In this document: positions 1-10,099 of the stretch, in pieces
Numbering within the stretch: position 1 is the first letter of the stretch
How the letters are laid out: every line of letters begins with the position of its first letter
Sequence record: OQ721909
Length of the DNA: 64,000 bases
Source: Escherichia phage vB_VIPECOOM01
Strand: one strand, 5' to 3'
The notes under the pieces: generated by a model
Databases searched by the model: none
The model's input: the letters and a program-made list of their open reading frames with translations, nothing else
Told to the model about the DNA's origin: nothing
Position numbers and translations under genes: made by a program

Positions 1-931
1 CAGAAACTTTATCTTTAATTTTAGAAACAACTTTATCACCGGAACTTAATTGTGACAAACAGGTTGGACATAATCCACCTTCGTGATACATATTAATGAC
101 TTTATTATACGAGTCAATTTTTGATTTAATTAAAAATGCTTCTTGACCGATTTTATTAAATGCATCAGTCGGGTCTTCATCCAAAACAATATTAACTAAT
201 CTTTCATTAGCTTCTTCTATTTCCGATTTTAGCGTTCTAGCTTCTTTTGCCAAATCATCGTACATATTCTGCAGACGAGTAAGGTTATCACCAGACAATT
301 TTTTCTGGCGTTCAACATTATCATTATATATTTTAATTTGTTGGATAATACTATCTTTTTTAACATCAAGCACTTGGTTTTGTGAATTTAATTCACGTAT
401 TAGTGCTTTATTAAGCTTATCCATTTCAGCTAATGTTCCTACCTCGAGCAGGTCTTCGACGAGTTTTCTTCTTGCAGGAGTGGATAGGCCCATAAAAGGG
501 GTATATCCAGCCGTGCCGAGTACGACAATCTGTTTGAAACTGGCATATGACATTCCGATAAGCTGTTCAAATTCTGCTTGGAAATCTTTACTGCTGGCAG
601 ATTCATTAAGACGTGTACCGTTAACGGTGATTTCGAAAACGTTCGGTTTTTGTCCTCTTTTGATATAGTACTTTTTCTCATCATATTCCATCCACAGTTC
701 AACTAAAAGTTCTTTCTTATTTGTGCTGTTTATTAATTGACCTTTTTTTACATCACGGAATGGCTTGCCAAAAAGCCCAAATGTGATGGCTTCTAACATA
801 GTAGACTTACCACCGCCATTTCGTCCAGTAATAAGAGTTTTTTGAACCTTATCTAATTGAATGTCAATAGGATTTCCACCTACTGACATTATATTTTGAT
901 ACCTAACTCGGTTTAGTTTAAAATTCTTCAC
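1..931 (-). CDS. 46: Recombination endonuclease subunit gp46 (Rad50/SbcC-like ATPase), N-terminal ~310 aa; gene continues beyond window start
   Basis: Walker A GRNGGGKST near N-terminus; probable GTG start at 931 overlapping upstream stop (GTGA) with AAGGAA RBS; alternative ATG at 889. Confidence 0.85.
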   Translation of the reverse strand, partial: MKNFKLNRVRYQNIMSVGGNPIDIQLDKVQKTLITGRNGGGKSTMLEAITFGLFGKPFRDVKKGQLINSTNKKELLVELWMEYDEKKYYIKRGQKPNVFEITVNGTRLNESASSKDFQAEFEQLIGMSYASFKQIVVLGTAGYTPFMGLSTPARRKLVEDLLEVGTLAEMDKLNKALIRELNSQNQVLDVKKDSIIQQIKIYNDNVERQKKLSGDNLTRLQNMYDDLAKEARTLKSEIEEANERLVNIVLDEDPTDAFNKIGQEAFLIKSKIDSYNKVINMYHEGGLCPTCLSQLSSGDKVVSKIKDKVS

Positions 932-1191
932 AAAAGATTCCTTTTAATGTATCTTTTAGACCATTCTATCATATCATCATAATCTAAAAAGTATTCATCA
1001 AATTCAGCCATGCAAACAACACCTTGTGCTGCTTTTGATGTGATATAAATTATTCCAACATATCTAGAATCTTCTTCGGTGTAATCAATATTTGCTATGA
1101 ATTCATCGTTAATGTCAAATGTCGAAAACTTCACAGTATGCATCCTTAATACAAGATACAGCCATATCTTGTAATGATTTAGGTGTGTCAT
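928..1191 (-). CDS. hypothetical protein (46.1-like small ORF)
   Basis: ORF between genes 47 and 46; stop overlaps gp46 start; own start uncertain (1191 or 1143). Confidence 0.5.
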   Translation of the reverse strand: MTHLNHYKIWLYLVLRMHTVKFSTFDINDEFIANIDYTEEDSRYVGIIYITSKAAQGVVCMAEFDEYFLDYDDMIEWSKRYIKRNLL

Positions 1192-1378
1192 TATCTAAAA
1201 TGTTGAAGTTAAAAGATACAGCCCAGTCAGTGCAGACCGTGACCTTTTTAATACAATTATCTTCAACCTCTAGTGGTTCAAACCAGTATTCAATAATTTC
1301 TTTATGCCCAATATCATCTTTTACTTCGCATTCAAAATGCTGACACATTATAACATTTTTAAATTCATCAAAAGTCAT
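1115..1378 (-). CDS. hypothetical protein (46.2-like small ORF)
   Basis: 87 aa ORF; ATGA start/stop overlap with gene 47. Confidence 0.55.
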   Translation of the reverse strand: MTFDEFKNVIMCQHFECEVKDDIGHKEIIEYWFEPLEVEDNCIKKVTVCTDWAVSFNFNILDNDTPKSLQDMAVSCIKDAYCEVFDI

Positions 1379-2394
1379 TGTGTTGCCTCTACATATAACT
1401 GATTTGCATATTGAATAAGTGCTTCGCGATCAGAATCAGTGATGTCTGGAATTGCATTAATGTATTCTTCCATCAACGTCTGAAGAGATTGAACTTCAAC
1501 TTCTTCATTATCATCTGACTCGACAGAGTTATCAATCTTTGACACAACTCGTAATGAATGCACAACTTTTTCTAGTTCAGATTCGAACTTTGTCAGATTT
1601 TTGTCTACCTCAGTTACTATAACACGTACTGATAGATTTGTAAAATCTTTATAGTCAATTTTTCCCTTAAATGGGTATTGAATTCGACGATGCCAGGTAG
1701 TGTTGTTTGGAATAAATTCCATTCGTTCTGTTTCTGTATCAAACATCCAGAACCCGCGAGGGTCATTCTCGTCACCTGCAGTTAGTGTCCATGGTGTCCC
1801 AATATATCTGACGTTAGCAGCCTCAGAGATAGTATGGAAGTGACCAGACCACACCTCTTTATAAGTCTTAAGGAAATCAGGTTCAAGACCATGAGATTTC
1901 ATTCCTTTATAAAAATAAAATCCATTCAGCTCCCAGTGACCGACACAAAAAGAAGCAGATGAAGTTTTGATATGTTCAAGAATTTCGCCAGTATTTTCTT
2001 CACACATCCAAGGAATTAAATCAATCAAACATCCGTCAAAATCTACTGTAGTAGGCTTATCATATACTTTAACATTAGGATATTTAGCCAAAAGCTCAGT
2101 AGAAGCATTTGGAGTTAAAGTATTTTTAAAGTGCATATCATGGTTTCCTACAACGGTATGTAGTGTAATACCAGCATCATCAAGCATCTGAACTATTTCA
2201 CGAGCGAACTCCATAGTTTTATGCGTGATTGCTTTTCGCACATCAAAAATATCGCCGTATTGAATCCATGTAGTAATTCCATTTTTCTTAGAATATTCTA
2301 TTGCTTGTTTAATTCCATCCAGTTGAATGGATTGAACCCACTCATCATCGGCTTTAACGCCTAAATGCCAATCACCTAAATTTAAAATTTTCAT
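1375..2394 (-). CDS. 47: Recombination endonuclease subunit gp47 (Mre11/SbcD-like nuclease)
   Basis: 339 aa; N-terminal GDWHLG, GDIFD and GNHD calcineurin-like phosphoesterase motifs. Confidence 0.92.
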   Translation of the reverse strand: MKILNLGDWHLGVKADDEWVQSIQLDGIKQAIEYSKKNGITTWIQYGDIFDVRKAITHKTMEFAREIVQMLDDAGITLHTVVGNHDMHFKNTLTPNASTELLAKYPNVKVYDKPTTVDFDGCLIDLIPWMCEENTGEILEHIKTSSASFCVGHWELNGFYFYKGMKSHGLEPDFLKTYKEVWSGHFHTISEAANVRYIGTPWTLTAGDENDPRGFWMFDTETERMEFIPNNTTWHRRIQYPFKGKIDYKDFTNLSVRVIVTEVDKNLTKFESELEKVVHSLRVVSKIDNSVESDDNEEVEVQSLQTLMEEYINAIPDITDSDREALIQYANQLYVEATQ

Positions 2395-2554
2395 ATATCA
2401 AGAACCGTCATTGAAATGCAAAATAAAATTATTGAAATAAATCCATCTGGAGTGCTAAAGAATCCAATCCAACATGCTCTCGTGAATAGATAAAACGCTA
2501 GAAAAAGTATCACATATCCAAGAAATATCATTATATCAAACTCCGTATAAAGCT

Positions 2555-2573
2555 AAAGGGCCGAAGCCCTTTA
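2555..2573 (-). terminator. hairpin terminator-like element at 3' end of a-gt
   Basis: AAAGGGCCGAAGCCCTTTA hairpin. Confidence 0.5.
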
Positions 2574-3773
2574 TTTTGTAATAATGTCAAACTGTTCTTT
2601 AAAGCAGAAGCTTGAATCTTGATGCTGATACAAAAATTCATAAGCTTTTTCACGTTCACGGTCATAAAGAGCTCGGTCAGATGACAGTTCTTTAATACGT
2701 TCAAATGTTGATTCCATGTCATTTTCATCAAACCAAACGATACCGCTATCATGAGAAATTAATGGAGTATTATCAACACGGAATTTTAAATTTTCGCCAG
2801 TAGATTTCCAAAATACCGGAATTGTTCCACATGCACCAAGCTCGAGATGAGTATATTCTAAAGAACGCTGTAGATATTTTTTGTCCAACTTACTCAGCTG
2901 ATAACCAAATCCTGATTTACTCATGCGTTCAAGCATTTCGCTATTTACATAACGATCAAGAATTTGCGTTGGCAAATTAGGAGCAATTTTAATTTGGTCT
3001 ACTTGATGAAGACGATAATACTCGTATGGAATTCCTTTTTCTTTAATAGGAATGAACGCTGGAGAACGTTCCAGACCTTCCATAATAGTACTTAGTCCTG
3101 CAGGTTTAAGATGTTTTTCGTGAAAATCAAACATCTGATAAAAGCCTTTCCATGTAGTAGTACGACCAATCCAACGGTTGATATTCATGTTAATTTCAGA
3201 AACATCTTTCCAGTAAGTTGATCGAACCTTCGCAATATCCATAGGAGGCTGAAAGTTATATACGGTCGGTGCTTCTTCAATATCATCAAACAGAGAAACT
3301 GTTTCTGGATACCATTCTTTCATCAAAACTTTATTAAAGTCACCATTATCAGAATGGCTAAAAATAACATCAGCTCGACGAACAGTTTCTTCTAATCCCA
3401 AATTTCGGCGCAAAGAAAGAGAAGAATGGTCATGCTGATAAACTACAACACGAACCGAAGGTTTAATGTTATCAATAATTTTTTTATAGTTATTAATGGT
3501 GTCTTCTTCTACTGAAGTAGCAGGAACTGAATTGATAATTAGAATATCACAATCATTTACCAACTTAAGTGTTTTATCGTATTCTTTTGCCAATAAAACC
3601 GGAATTGAAAATGATTTATAATCATGCGCGCAATTACGGGTAAATGATTTATCTTTAGCATAAACCAAAGTTACTTCATGACCATTTTTAATAAACCAAT
3701 CACGCTGCTCAAGAGAAAATTTAGTTACACCGCAACCTTCAAGACCTCGAGCCATAAAAATACATACTTTCAT
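2571..3773 (-). CDS. a-gt: DNA alpha-glucosyltransferase (glucosylation of hydroxymethylcytosine)
   Basis: 400 aa; matches recalled T4 alpha-gt in length, position and sequence. Confidence 0.85.
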   Translation of the reverse strand: MKVCIFMARGLEGCGVTKFSLEQRDWFIKNGHEVTLVYAKDKSFTRNCAHDYKSFSIPVLLAKEYDKTLKLVNDCDILIINSVPATSVEEDTINNYKKIIDNIKPSVRVVVYQHDHSSLSLRRNLGLEETVRRADVIFSHSDNGDFNKVLMKEWYPETVSLFDDIEEAPTVYNFQPPMDIAKVRSTYWKDVSEINMNINRWIGRTTTWKGFYQMFDFHEKHLKPAGLSTIMEGLERSPAFIPIKEKGIPYEYYRLHQVDQIKIAPNLPTQILDRYVNSEMLERMSKSGFGYQLSKLDKKYLQRSLEYTHLELGACGTIPVFWKSTGENLKFRVDNTPLISHDSGIVWFDENDMESTFERIKELSSDRALYDREREKAYEFLYQHQDSSFCFKEQFDIITK

Positions 3774-3823
3774 TTAATATCCTCATTGTTTTGGTTTATT
3801 TTACCAAAAATTTATAAAGCAAT

Positions 3824-3843
3824 ATAGGAGCCTCGGCTCCTAT
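3824..3843 (-). terminator. hairpin terminator-like element
   Basis: ATAGGAGCC-TCG-GCTCCTAT hairpin followed by T-rich tract on minus strand. Confidence 0.45.
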
Positions 3844-4016
3844 CCGCATAATACGCCATACAGAGGCTCATTAGAGCTTCTAAATTTTATGCGCTTATAT
3901 GTTATAGTTCCTTCTGCTTTAGCTTTATCATGAGACGCTTTAAAGAGTCTCATCATTTCTACTTTAGAGGAACGAATTTTATTATAATCTGTTTCAGAAG
4001 TCTGGGTGTTCATCTT

Positions 4017-4223
4017 TCACAGTTGCCACCATTTTTTGACTTGATAAGAATCAACCCACACTTTCATATTAGGGTCTGCTCTTACAATAGGAGGATTAAC
4101 TTCTTTAATTGAACTATCATGGTATTCTTTTTCAGAAATTTTCACACAAAGATGACCATTCAAAGATTCAGTAAATCCTGCATTAATTTTAAGACGCTTG
4201 AATTTTACGCGTGTAAGCATCAA
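4017..4223 (-). CDS. hypothetical protein
   Basis: 68 aa ORF; overlaps next ORF. Confidence 0.4.
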   Translation of the reverse strand: MMLTRVKFKRLKINAGFTESLNGHLCVKISEKEYHDSSIKEVNPPIVRADPNMKVWVDSYQVKKWWQL

Positions 4224-4506
4224 TCATATCCTCAATCTGCGATCTAGTAGTCTTCCAAAGAATATTAATAAGTTCATCGTTATATGGCTGTTTTAGAATA
4301 TCCCGACTTTTCTTGATAGCATATTCGTATTGAGCAAAATTATTGTTTTCAGCTGCAATCTGAGCGTGCTTGTAAAGACGGTTCAGTTCGCGTTTGTTTT
4401 TAGACAATAACTTATTTGCTTTTCTTTCTGCTTCAAGACGGTTCTTTTCTTCAATAGAAGAAATAAGCTTTTCCACTTCATCATTAATTTCGGGTTTATC
4501 AGTCAT
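4189..4506 (-). CDS. hypothetical protein, predicted coiled coil
   Basis: 105 aa ORF downstream of gene 55. Confidence 0.5.
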   Translation of the reverse strand: MTDKPEINDEVEKLISSIEEKNRLEAERKANKLLSKNKRELNRLYKHAQIAAENNNFAQYEYAIKKSRDILKQPYNDELINILWKTTRSQIEDMIDAYTRKIQAS

Positions 4507-4507
4507 A

Positions 4508-4726
4508 TTATTTCTCTAATATAAAATAAAAATCATCATCTGTTAAATGATACCGATAGTTTAATTCTACACCATTAGATTTAAAAGCGGTATCATACGG
4601 ATTTTCTGGATCAATATCAATGTCAAGAGCTAAAACTTCCCTGAGATACATTTTAAGTAAATAGGGAATAGCTTCAACTTCAGGTATTTCTTCCAAGAAT
4701 CCGGAGAGGTTAATCGTTAGCCTCAT
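4508..4726 (-). CDS. hypothetical protein
   Basis: 72 aa acidic ORF, start overlaps end of gene 55. Confidence 0.45.
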
Positions 4727-5273
4727 ATAAAAAATCCAAACTAGGAGAATCGTCTACAACACTTTTCTTTTCAGCCCCTGGTGTTCTATAGGTTGATTCT
4801 TCGTAATGCGTCATTTTATCGTAGATGTCTTGAATAAAAGTTTCATCTACTAACGCAACCATATCGTCGTCACGACTGTCATAGACATTGTGAACGAAGT
4901 AACTGTATTTCTTTGCAACTTCCTTACGTTCTTTTTTAATACGTTGGACGAATGCATTAAAACAAGCTTGAGTTATATATGCATGTGGGTTTTTATATTT
5001 CGTTTCATCAAAATTATGAAGCCCCTTAATAGAAGCTTCTATACCATCTGCAATCATTTCTTGTTTCCAGGATTGGGTGTATCCTGAAAAGTTGAAACGT
5101 TTAGATAAGCCTTCTGCAATAAGCATAATGGCTAATCCGATAGTATCATTCTGACGAACTACTTTATTTGGGTCTTTATTATTTGCTAATTCTGTTTTCC
5201 AATCAATAATAGCTTGTAAAAGCTCTTTATTGTTTACGTAATTATATTTAGGCTTAGTTTCTGACATTTTCAC
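4710..5273 (-). CDS. 55: Late-promoter sigma factor gp55
   Basis: 187 aa; N-terminus [24 protein letters not shown] matches recalled T4 gp55. Confidence 0.93.
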
Positions 5274-5347
5274 CTCTTAGCTCAATTCATAGATCTATTA
5301 TATCATAATATTTGAAGATCTATCTTAAAGCATAGAGGATGAATCAG

Positions 5348-5617
5348 TTATCTAAGTAAACAGTATGCTTGGAATACTTTCTCCATCATCTTTTTAAATT
5401 CATGAATATCTATATAATGACTGGTTAAATCAGCATGATATAAAAAGTCTAAAAACTTTTCATGTGTGCTAACATATTCACTTTCATTTAATTCAGAAAC
5501 ATGGCTTTCCCAATATCCAACACCAGTCTTATTTGGGAAAAATGAAATTTTCATATATTGGTCAACATAGAAAATTCCATAATTTTCAATAGTAATAGAA
5601 ATATTAATAAATTTCAT
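5348..5617 (-). CDS. hypothetical protein
   Basis: 89 aa ORF in 55-nrdH accessory block. Confidence 0.5.
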   Translation of the reverse strand: MKFINISITIENYGIFYVDQYMKISFFPNKTGVGYWESHVSELNESEYVSTHEKFLDFLYHADLTSHYIDIHEFKKMMEKVFQAYCLLR

Positions 5618-5829
5618 ACATTCATCAACTTAGCCGCTTCAAGAGCTGCATCTAGTGAATCAAATTGGTCAACATATTCAATCAATTCGCCGTAATTGGC
5701 ATATAACCACCATTGGCTAAATTCATACTCAAGGATGAATCCGTTTCCTTCAATTTGAGTTAAACCAATGCCATTTGTATTTACTTCATATCCAGCAAGA
5801 CGCAAATCGTTAATAAGAGCTTCGTTCAT
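5614..5829 (-). CDS. hypothetical protein
   Basis: 71 aa acidic ORF, ATGA-coupled to neighbour. Confidence 0.5.
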   Translation of the reverse strand: MNEALINDLRLAGYEVNTNGIGLTQIEGNGFILEYEFSQWWLYANYGELIEYVDQFDSLDAALEAAKLMNV

Positions 5830-5831
5830 AA

Positions 5832-6158
5832 TTATGCCTTAGTAATTTTCAGGTCAGCAAATTTTTTCTTGCGTTGATTTTTCATACGACGAATAGTTTT
5901 ATCAGAAATTTCATGTTTTTGATAAGCTTTAGATTCTACACCAAAAGCTTTAACATCAAATTCTGACAAAATATATTGAACCAACAATTCACGGACAGTA
6001 TTGCGTCCAATTTTCTGATCATTCTGTTTCATCGTCTGATGAAGCTCTTTTTCCCATTTATCCAAAATTTGAGGAGTTACAATATCGCCTTTTTCTAGCA
6101 AAGAAACTACTTTATCATATGCATAAGAATTGATGGCGTTTTTAATTTGAATAGTCAT
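5832..6158 (-). CDS. hypothetical protein with basic C-terminus
   Basis: 108 aa ORF. Confidence 0.55.
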   Translation of the reverse strand: MTIQIKNAINSYAYDKVVSLLEKGDIVTPQILDKWEKELHQTMKQNDQKIGRNTVRELLVQYILSEFDVKAFGVESKAYQKHEISDKTIRRMKNQRKKKFADLKITKA

Positions 6159-6193
6159 ACATTATCCTCAATTACGTTAAAATTTTATTATCC

Positions 6194-6213
6194 AAAAAGG
6201 GCCGAAGCCCTTA
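6194..6213 (-). terminator. rho-independent terminator
   Basis: AGGGCCGAAGCCCT hairpin with T-run on minus strand. Confidence 0.6.
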
Positions 6214-6411
6214 GCTAAACTGTTTGGCGCCCTTCCAGCCTTCGTACATCATTGCAGCTGATATTAATATTGCTCCTGCGCATTTTGAATATTTGTGATT
6301 CCAAAACCAGTTCAGAAAAACTTCGTCATCAATACCTTGGGCTATCATATTTTCAAAGAACTGACGACGAGCTTCGGCAATTCGTTGTGATAATTTAGAT
6401 TCAGGATTCAT
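6211..6411 (-). CDS. hypothetical protein
   Basis: 66 aa ORF followed by terminator hairpin. Confidence 0.5.
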   Translation of the reverse strand: MNPESKLSQRIAEARRQFFENMIAQGIDDEVFLNWFWNHKYSKCAGAILISAAMMYEGWKGAKQFS

Positions 6412-6627
6412 TTAAATTTTCCAGTTACCGTTTTCATCAATAAATTTAATCCAGTCATTTACTGACCACTTAGTCGTATCGCCTTTTGGAGCAACATTTA
6501 AAGTGTATAATCCTTGTTTAAAAAGCATGCGTTTGATATTCATATTTTCCTCAGCTATAACGATAGCACTCGTTTGATTTACGCTTAGCAACTCGTTGAG
6601 AAGTATTGTAATCAAAATCATCGTCAA
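6412..6627 (-). CDS. hypothetical protein
   Basis: 71 aa ORF. Confidence 0.45.
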   Translation of the reverse strand: MTMILITILLNELLSVNQTSAIVIAEENMNIKRMLFKQGLYTLNVAPKGDTTKWSVNDWIKFIDENGNWKI

Positions 6628-6844
6628 TGTAAACTGATTTTTTCAACTTTCTTACTTCACCACGTAATTGACGATTTAGCTCATCTTTAACTTCTGAATC
6701 AATACCTTTCATTCTACGCCATTTATCTGAGCGAAAAATGTTTTCAACCATATCTTTATGACTTACACCATCAGGAGCTTTACGCTTTCCGAAATAGTCA
6801 TAATCACGAACTTTCAAGTCTTTACGACGATACGTTTTACCCAT
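6551..6844 (-). CDS. hypothetical basic protein
   Basis: ORF-track ORF 6551..6889 trimmed to internal Met (MGKTYRRKD) to avoid overlap. Confidence 0.45.
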   Translation of the reverse strand: MGKTYRRKDLKVRDYDYFGKRKAPDGVSHKDMVENIFRSDKWRRMKGIDSEVKDELNRQLRGEVRKLKKSVYIDDDFDYNTSQRVAKRKSNECYRYS

Positions 6845-7043
6845 GGAGTTTAATTTCCTTAGCAACTGAACTAAATACAGCACGATCACAAATCATCTGT
6901 TTATGTAACTTGAGTATAAGATAATAAACTTCAAAACCGTTTACATAAGTAACGCGAACAACATTACCATTAATAAAATAATATTGTCCCTTTTTAATTT
7001 CTTTATCAACCACAACCATATCAATTCCTCGAAGGCAATTCAT
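6837..7043 (-). CDS. hypothetical protein
   Basis: 68 aa ORF directly downstream of an early promoter. Confidence 0.5.
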   Translation of the reverse strand: MNCLRGIDMVVVDKEIKKGQYYFINGNVVRVTYVNGFEVYYLILKLHKQMICDRAVFSSVAKEIKLHG

Positions 7044-7047
7044 ATGT

Positions 7048-7100
7048 TAATAATACCACAGTTTAAACTTCTTGTAAACAACTTTGTGAAAATTATTTTA
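7048..7100 (-). promoter_or_regulatory. early promoter (sigma70-type, T4 early class)
   Basis: On minus strand: AT-rich UP element, GTTTAC -35, TGGTATTAT extended -10. Confidence 0.6.
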
Positions 7101-7151
7101 GGGAATGATAAGAAGTGAATGATAGTTAGAATGGTAATATACAGAATGTGA

Positions 7152-7176
7152 GAAAGAAAGGCCCAGAGGGCCCGTC
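7152..7176 (-). terminator. rho-independent terminator downstream of nrdH
   Basis: GGGCCCTCTGGGCC hairpin followed by TTTCTTTCT on minus strand. Confidence 0.55.
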
Positions 7177-7485
7177 TTAGTCTTCTATGATATCTCTATC
7201 ATATCCAAGTGAAATGAGAGTTTCTTTGAAGTGTTTGATGTTCTTTTGTCTAGAATCATTGATGAAAATGACTGGATAACGAATGTTAAGAGATGTGAAT
7301 CCAGCTCGTTTAGCAAGAGATACAATCAGTGGACGATCATACTCAATCTTACCATTATTTGTAAGAACTTTATAGAAAGTAAAAGGAGCATTGAGCTCCT
7401 TTAGAAGTTTTGTAACTGATTGACATCCAGGACAACGACCTACTTCATCTGGAATTCCATAGACTTCAATCTTGTTTTGTTTCAC
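7177..7485 (-). CDS. nrdH: Glutaredoxin-like protein NrdH
   Basis: 102 aa thioredoxin-fold protein with CPGC redox motif, adjacent to nrdG/nrdD. Confidence 0.8.
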   Translation of the reverse strand: MKQNKIEVYGIPDEVGRCPGCQSVTKLLKELNAPFTFYKVLTNNGKIEYDRPLIVSLAKRAGFTSLNIRYPVIFINDSRQKNIKHFKETLISLGYDRDIIED

Positions 7486-7487
7486 AA

Positions 7488-7724
7488 CTATTCCTTACTA
7501 AGAGCAGCATTCAGCTTGTTAGTAATTTTATCCAGACGCTCATTGAACTCGCTAGAAGACAGTCCTTTTTCTGGAGAAATCAAACTAATCACGAAAAATA
7601 TAGCAATAAAAGGAATAAGAAAAATAGCTCCAACTGCCATAAACAAAAAGAATGTTACGGTTGTAAGAAAATCAGCTAAACCTTTACGAAATTTATACAT
7701 ATTTACCCTTAATTGATTAACCAA
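7488..7724 (-). CDS. hypothetical membrane protein
   Basis: 78 aa, one long hydrophobic segment. Confidence 0.55.
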   Translation of the reverse strand: MVNQLRVNMYKFRKGLADFLTTVTFFLFMAVGAIFLIPFIAIFFVISLISPEKGLSSSEFNERLDKITNKLNAALSKE

Positions 7725-7814
7725 GCATTGATAAGCACTAAACTATACTGCGAATAAAATTCTGGACCAAAATGAAAAATCATATCATTTATAGTATCAA
7801 TAATATAATTCAGT

Positions 7815-8285
7815 TTAATCATGTTTCCACACCCCATCGGTATTTGACCAAAGCCGTTGATTATCTGATCCTCGCCACAGCTTTTTGGTCGGAAGATTTT
7901 TCTCATACTTCCCATCAATAATAACATCAACATATTTAAGCATTTCTAGTTGTTTAATATCTTCAAACTTATATCCTGTCCACAACCAAATGCTTTTATT
8001 CGGATAAAGATTTTTTACCGTTTGAACAATGCAATGAACAACATCTCGGTTATCAGGATAAAGAGGGTCTCCTCCAGTTATAGTTAATCCTTCTATATAA
8101 TCATTATTCAAACATTCAATTAATTGTTCTAGTGTTTCACCAGTGAATGGAACGCCATTTCTAGCATTCCATGTTGATTTATTATAACACCCTTCGCATT
8201 TATGCAAACAACCTGTAACGAAAAGAACGACCCTGCATCCAGGGCCATTCACAAAATCGCAGGGATAAAATCTATCGTAATTCAT
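7815..8285 (-). CDS. nrdG: Anaerobic ribonucleotide reductase activating protein (radical SAM)
   Basis: 156 aa; Cys-rich CLHKCEGC cluster; ATGA overlap with nrdD. Confidence 0.9.
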   Translation of the reverse strand: MNYDRFYPCDFVNGPGCRVVLFVTGCLHKCEGCYNKSTWNARNGVPFTGETLEQLIECLNNDYIEGLTITGGDPLYPDNRDVVHCIVQTVKNLYPNKSIWLWTGYKFEDIKQLEMLKYVDVIIDGKYEKNLPTKKLWRGSDNQRLWSNTDGVWKHD

Positions 8286-10099
8286 TGGTGTTTAACCCTA
8301 TGCATGATTTCTTTATTTTTGCCGAGATTAAATCCGCGTTCATTCGGATTTCCCAAATAACCACAAGTTCTTCTTATTGTGTTCATCTTTTTAGGATCAG
8401 TTTCTCCACAAATAGAACAAACAAATCCGTTTTCAGTAGGAGTCATTTCATGGGTACTTCCACATGTAAAACATTTATCTACTGGCATGTTAACGCCAAA
8501 ATAATCTAAATGTTGTGCAGCATAATCCCATACAGCCTCAAGACCTTTTAGGTTATTTTTCATATCAGGAAGTTCAACATAAGAAATGTGACCACCTGTC
8601 GCAATGAAATGATACGGGGCTTCGCGAGAAATCTTTTCAAACGGAGTGATATTTTCTTCTACTGAAACGTGGAAACTGTTAGTGTACCAGCCTTTATCAG
8701 TAACGTCTTTTACACTTCCATATTTTTCGGTATCAAGTTTGCAGAAGCGATAGCACAGGTTTTCAGCAGGAGTAGAATACAAGCTAAAAGCAAAACCGGT
8801 TCTTTCAGTCCACTGCTTAAGACGAGCATTCATTTTAGTTAAAATTTCTTGCCCAATATCACGACCGACAAGGATATTCAATTCGTGAATACCAATGTAT
8901 CCTAAAGACACTGAACTTCTACCGTTTTTAAATAACTCAATTATATCATCATCAGGTTTAAGACGAACCCCGAATGCACCTTCTTGGTAAAGAATAGGAG
9001 CAACAGTCGCTTTAACTCCTTTTAAGGAACTAATTCTACACATCAAAGCTTCAAAACACAAATCCATTCGTTCATTGAACAATTCGGCAAATTTCTGTTC
9101 ATTGAACTGTGTTCCAATATAAGAATCTAACGCAATACGAGGAAGATTCAGTGTTACAACGCCAAGATTATTACGTCCATCAAGAATTTCATTACCAGTC
9201 GAATCTTTCCATACACTTAAGAAACTGCGGCAACCCATTGGAGAAACAGGAATAGATGAACCGGTGATGGCTTTATTGTTCTTAGCCGAAATGATGTCAG
9301 GATACATTCTTTTGCTTGCACACTCTAGAGCAAGCTGCTTAATATCATAGTTCGGATCGTCTTTATAAAGATTAACACCTTCTTCAACGAACATAACAAG
9401 TTTAGGGAAAATAGGAGTTATCCCGTCACGACCAAGACCTTTAATACGATTTTTCAGAATTGCTTTCTGAATCATTCGTTCAGTCCAGTCAGTTCCCGTG
9501 CCAAATGTAATTGTTACAAAAGGCGTTTGTCCATTTGAACTAAAGAGAGTATTTACTTCATATTCATAAGCTTGGAACGCATCATATACGTCTTTTTCTG
9601 TTTTAGACTGGGCGTAATTCAACGCATCAGCGATTTGCCATTTTTCTGCATCCTCAATATGTTTTGCATAGGTGCGTTTAACATAAGGAGAAAGTACTTT
9701 GTCTACATTCGCAAAAGTCGTTCCGCCGTATTGATGGGAAGCAACCTGTGCAGTAATTTGTGCCATAATTGCAGTAGCAACGCCGATTGATTTAGGAGTT
9801 TCAATCTGTGCATTACCGAGCTTAAATCCGTTCTCAAGCATTCCTTTTAAATCTACTAAACAGCAATTAGTAAATGGAAGAGCAGGAGAATAATCAATAT
9901 CATGGAAATGAATAATTCCGCTTTCATGCGCTTTCATAATAAAAGACGGGACCATATTTTTGGCAATGTGTTTAGACACAATACCAGCCATAAGGTCCCG
10001 TTGAGTTGGAAAAACACGAGAATCTTTATTAGCATTCTCGTTTAAAAGGTCTTTATTAGTTTTATGAATCAATCCTTCAATTTCTTTTTCAATTGTCAT
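8282..10099 (-). CDS. nrdD: Anaerobic ribonucleoside-triphosphate reductase (class III, glycyl radical)
   Basis: 605 aa uninterrupted ORF; C-terminal Zn-ribbon cysteines and glycyl-radical region; no intron. Confidence 0.95.
   Translation of the reverse strand: MTIEKEIEGLIHKTNKDLLNENANKDSRVFPTQRDLMAGIVSKHIAKNMVPSFIMKAHESGIIHFHDIDYSPALPFTNCCLVDLKGMLENGFKLGNAQIETPKSIGVATAIMAQITAQVASHQYGGTTFANVDKVLSPYVKRTYAKHIEDAEKWQIADALNYAQSKTEKDVYDAFQAYEYEVNTLFSSNGQTPFVTITFGTGTDWTERMIQKAILKNRIKGLGRDGITPIFPKLVMFVEEGVNLYKDDPNYDIKQLALECASKRMYPDIISAKNNKAITGSSIPVSPMGCRSFLSVWKDSTGNEILDGRNNLGVVTLNLPRIALDSYIGTQFNEQKFAELFNERMDLCFEALMCRISSLKGVKATVAPILYQEGAFGVRLKPDDDIIELFKNGRSSVSLGYIGIHELNILVGRDIGQEILTKMNARLKQWTERTGFAFSLYSTPAENLCYRFCKLDTEKYGSVKDVTDKGWYTNSFHVSVEENITPFEKISREAPYHFIATGGHISYVELPDMKNNLKGLEAVWDYAAQHLDYFGVNMPVDKCFTCGSTHEMTPTENGFVCSICGETDPKKMNTIRRTCGYLGNPNERGFNLGKNKEIMHRVKHQ

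Noticed and set aside
439-702. 87 aa minus-strand ORF and overlapping plus-strand ORF 480..668
   Set aside because: Both lie inside gene 46 in the wrong frame or strand.
7709-7933. 74 aa minus-strand ORF overlapping nrdG
   Set aside because: Out-of-frame overlap with the 3' part of nrdG and the upstream membrane-protein gene; no independent support.
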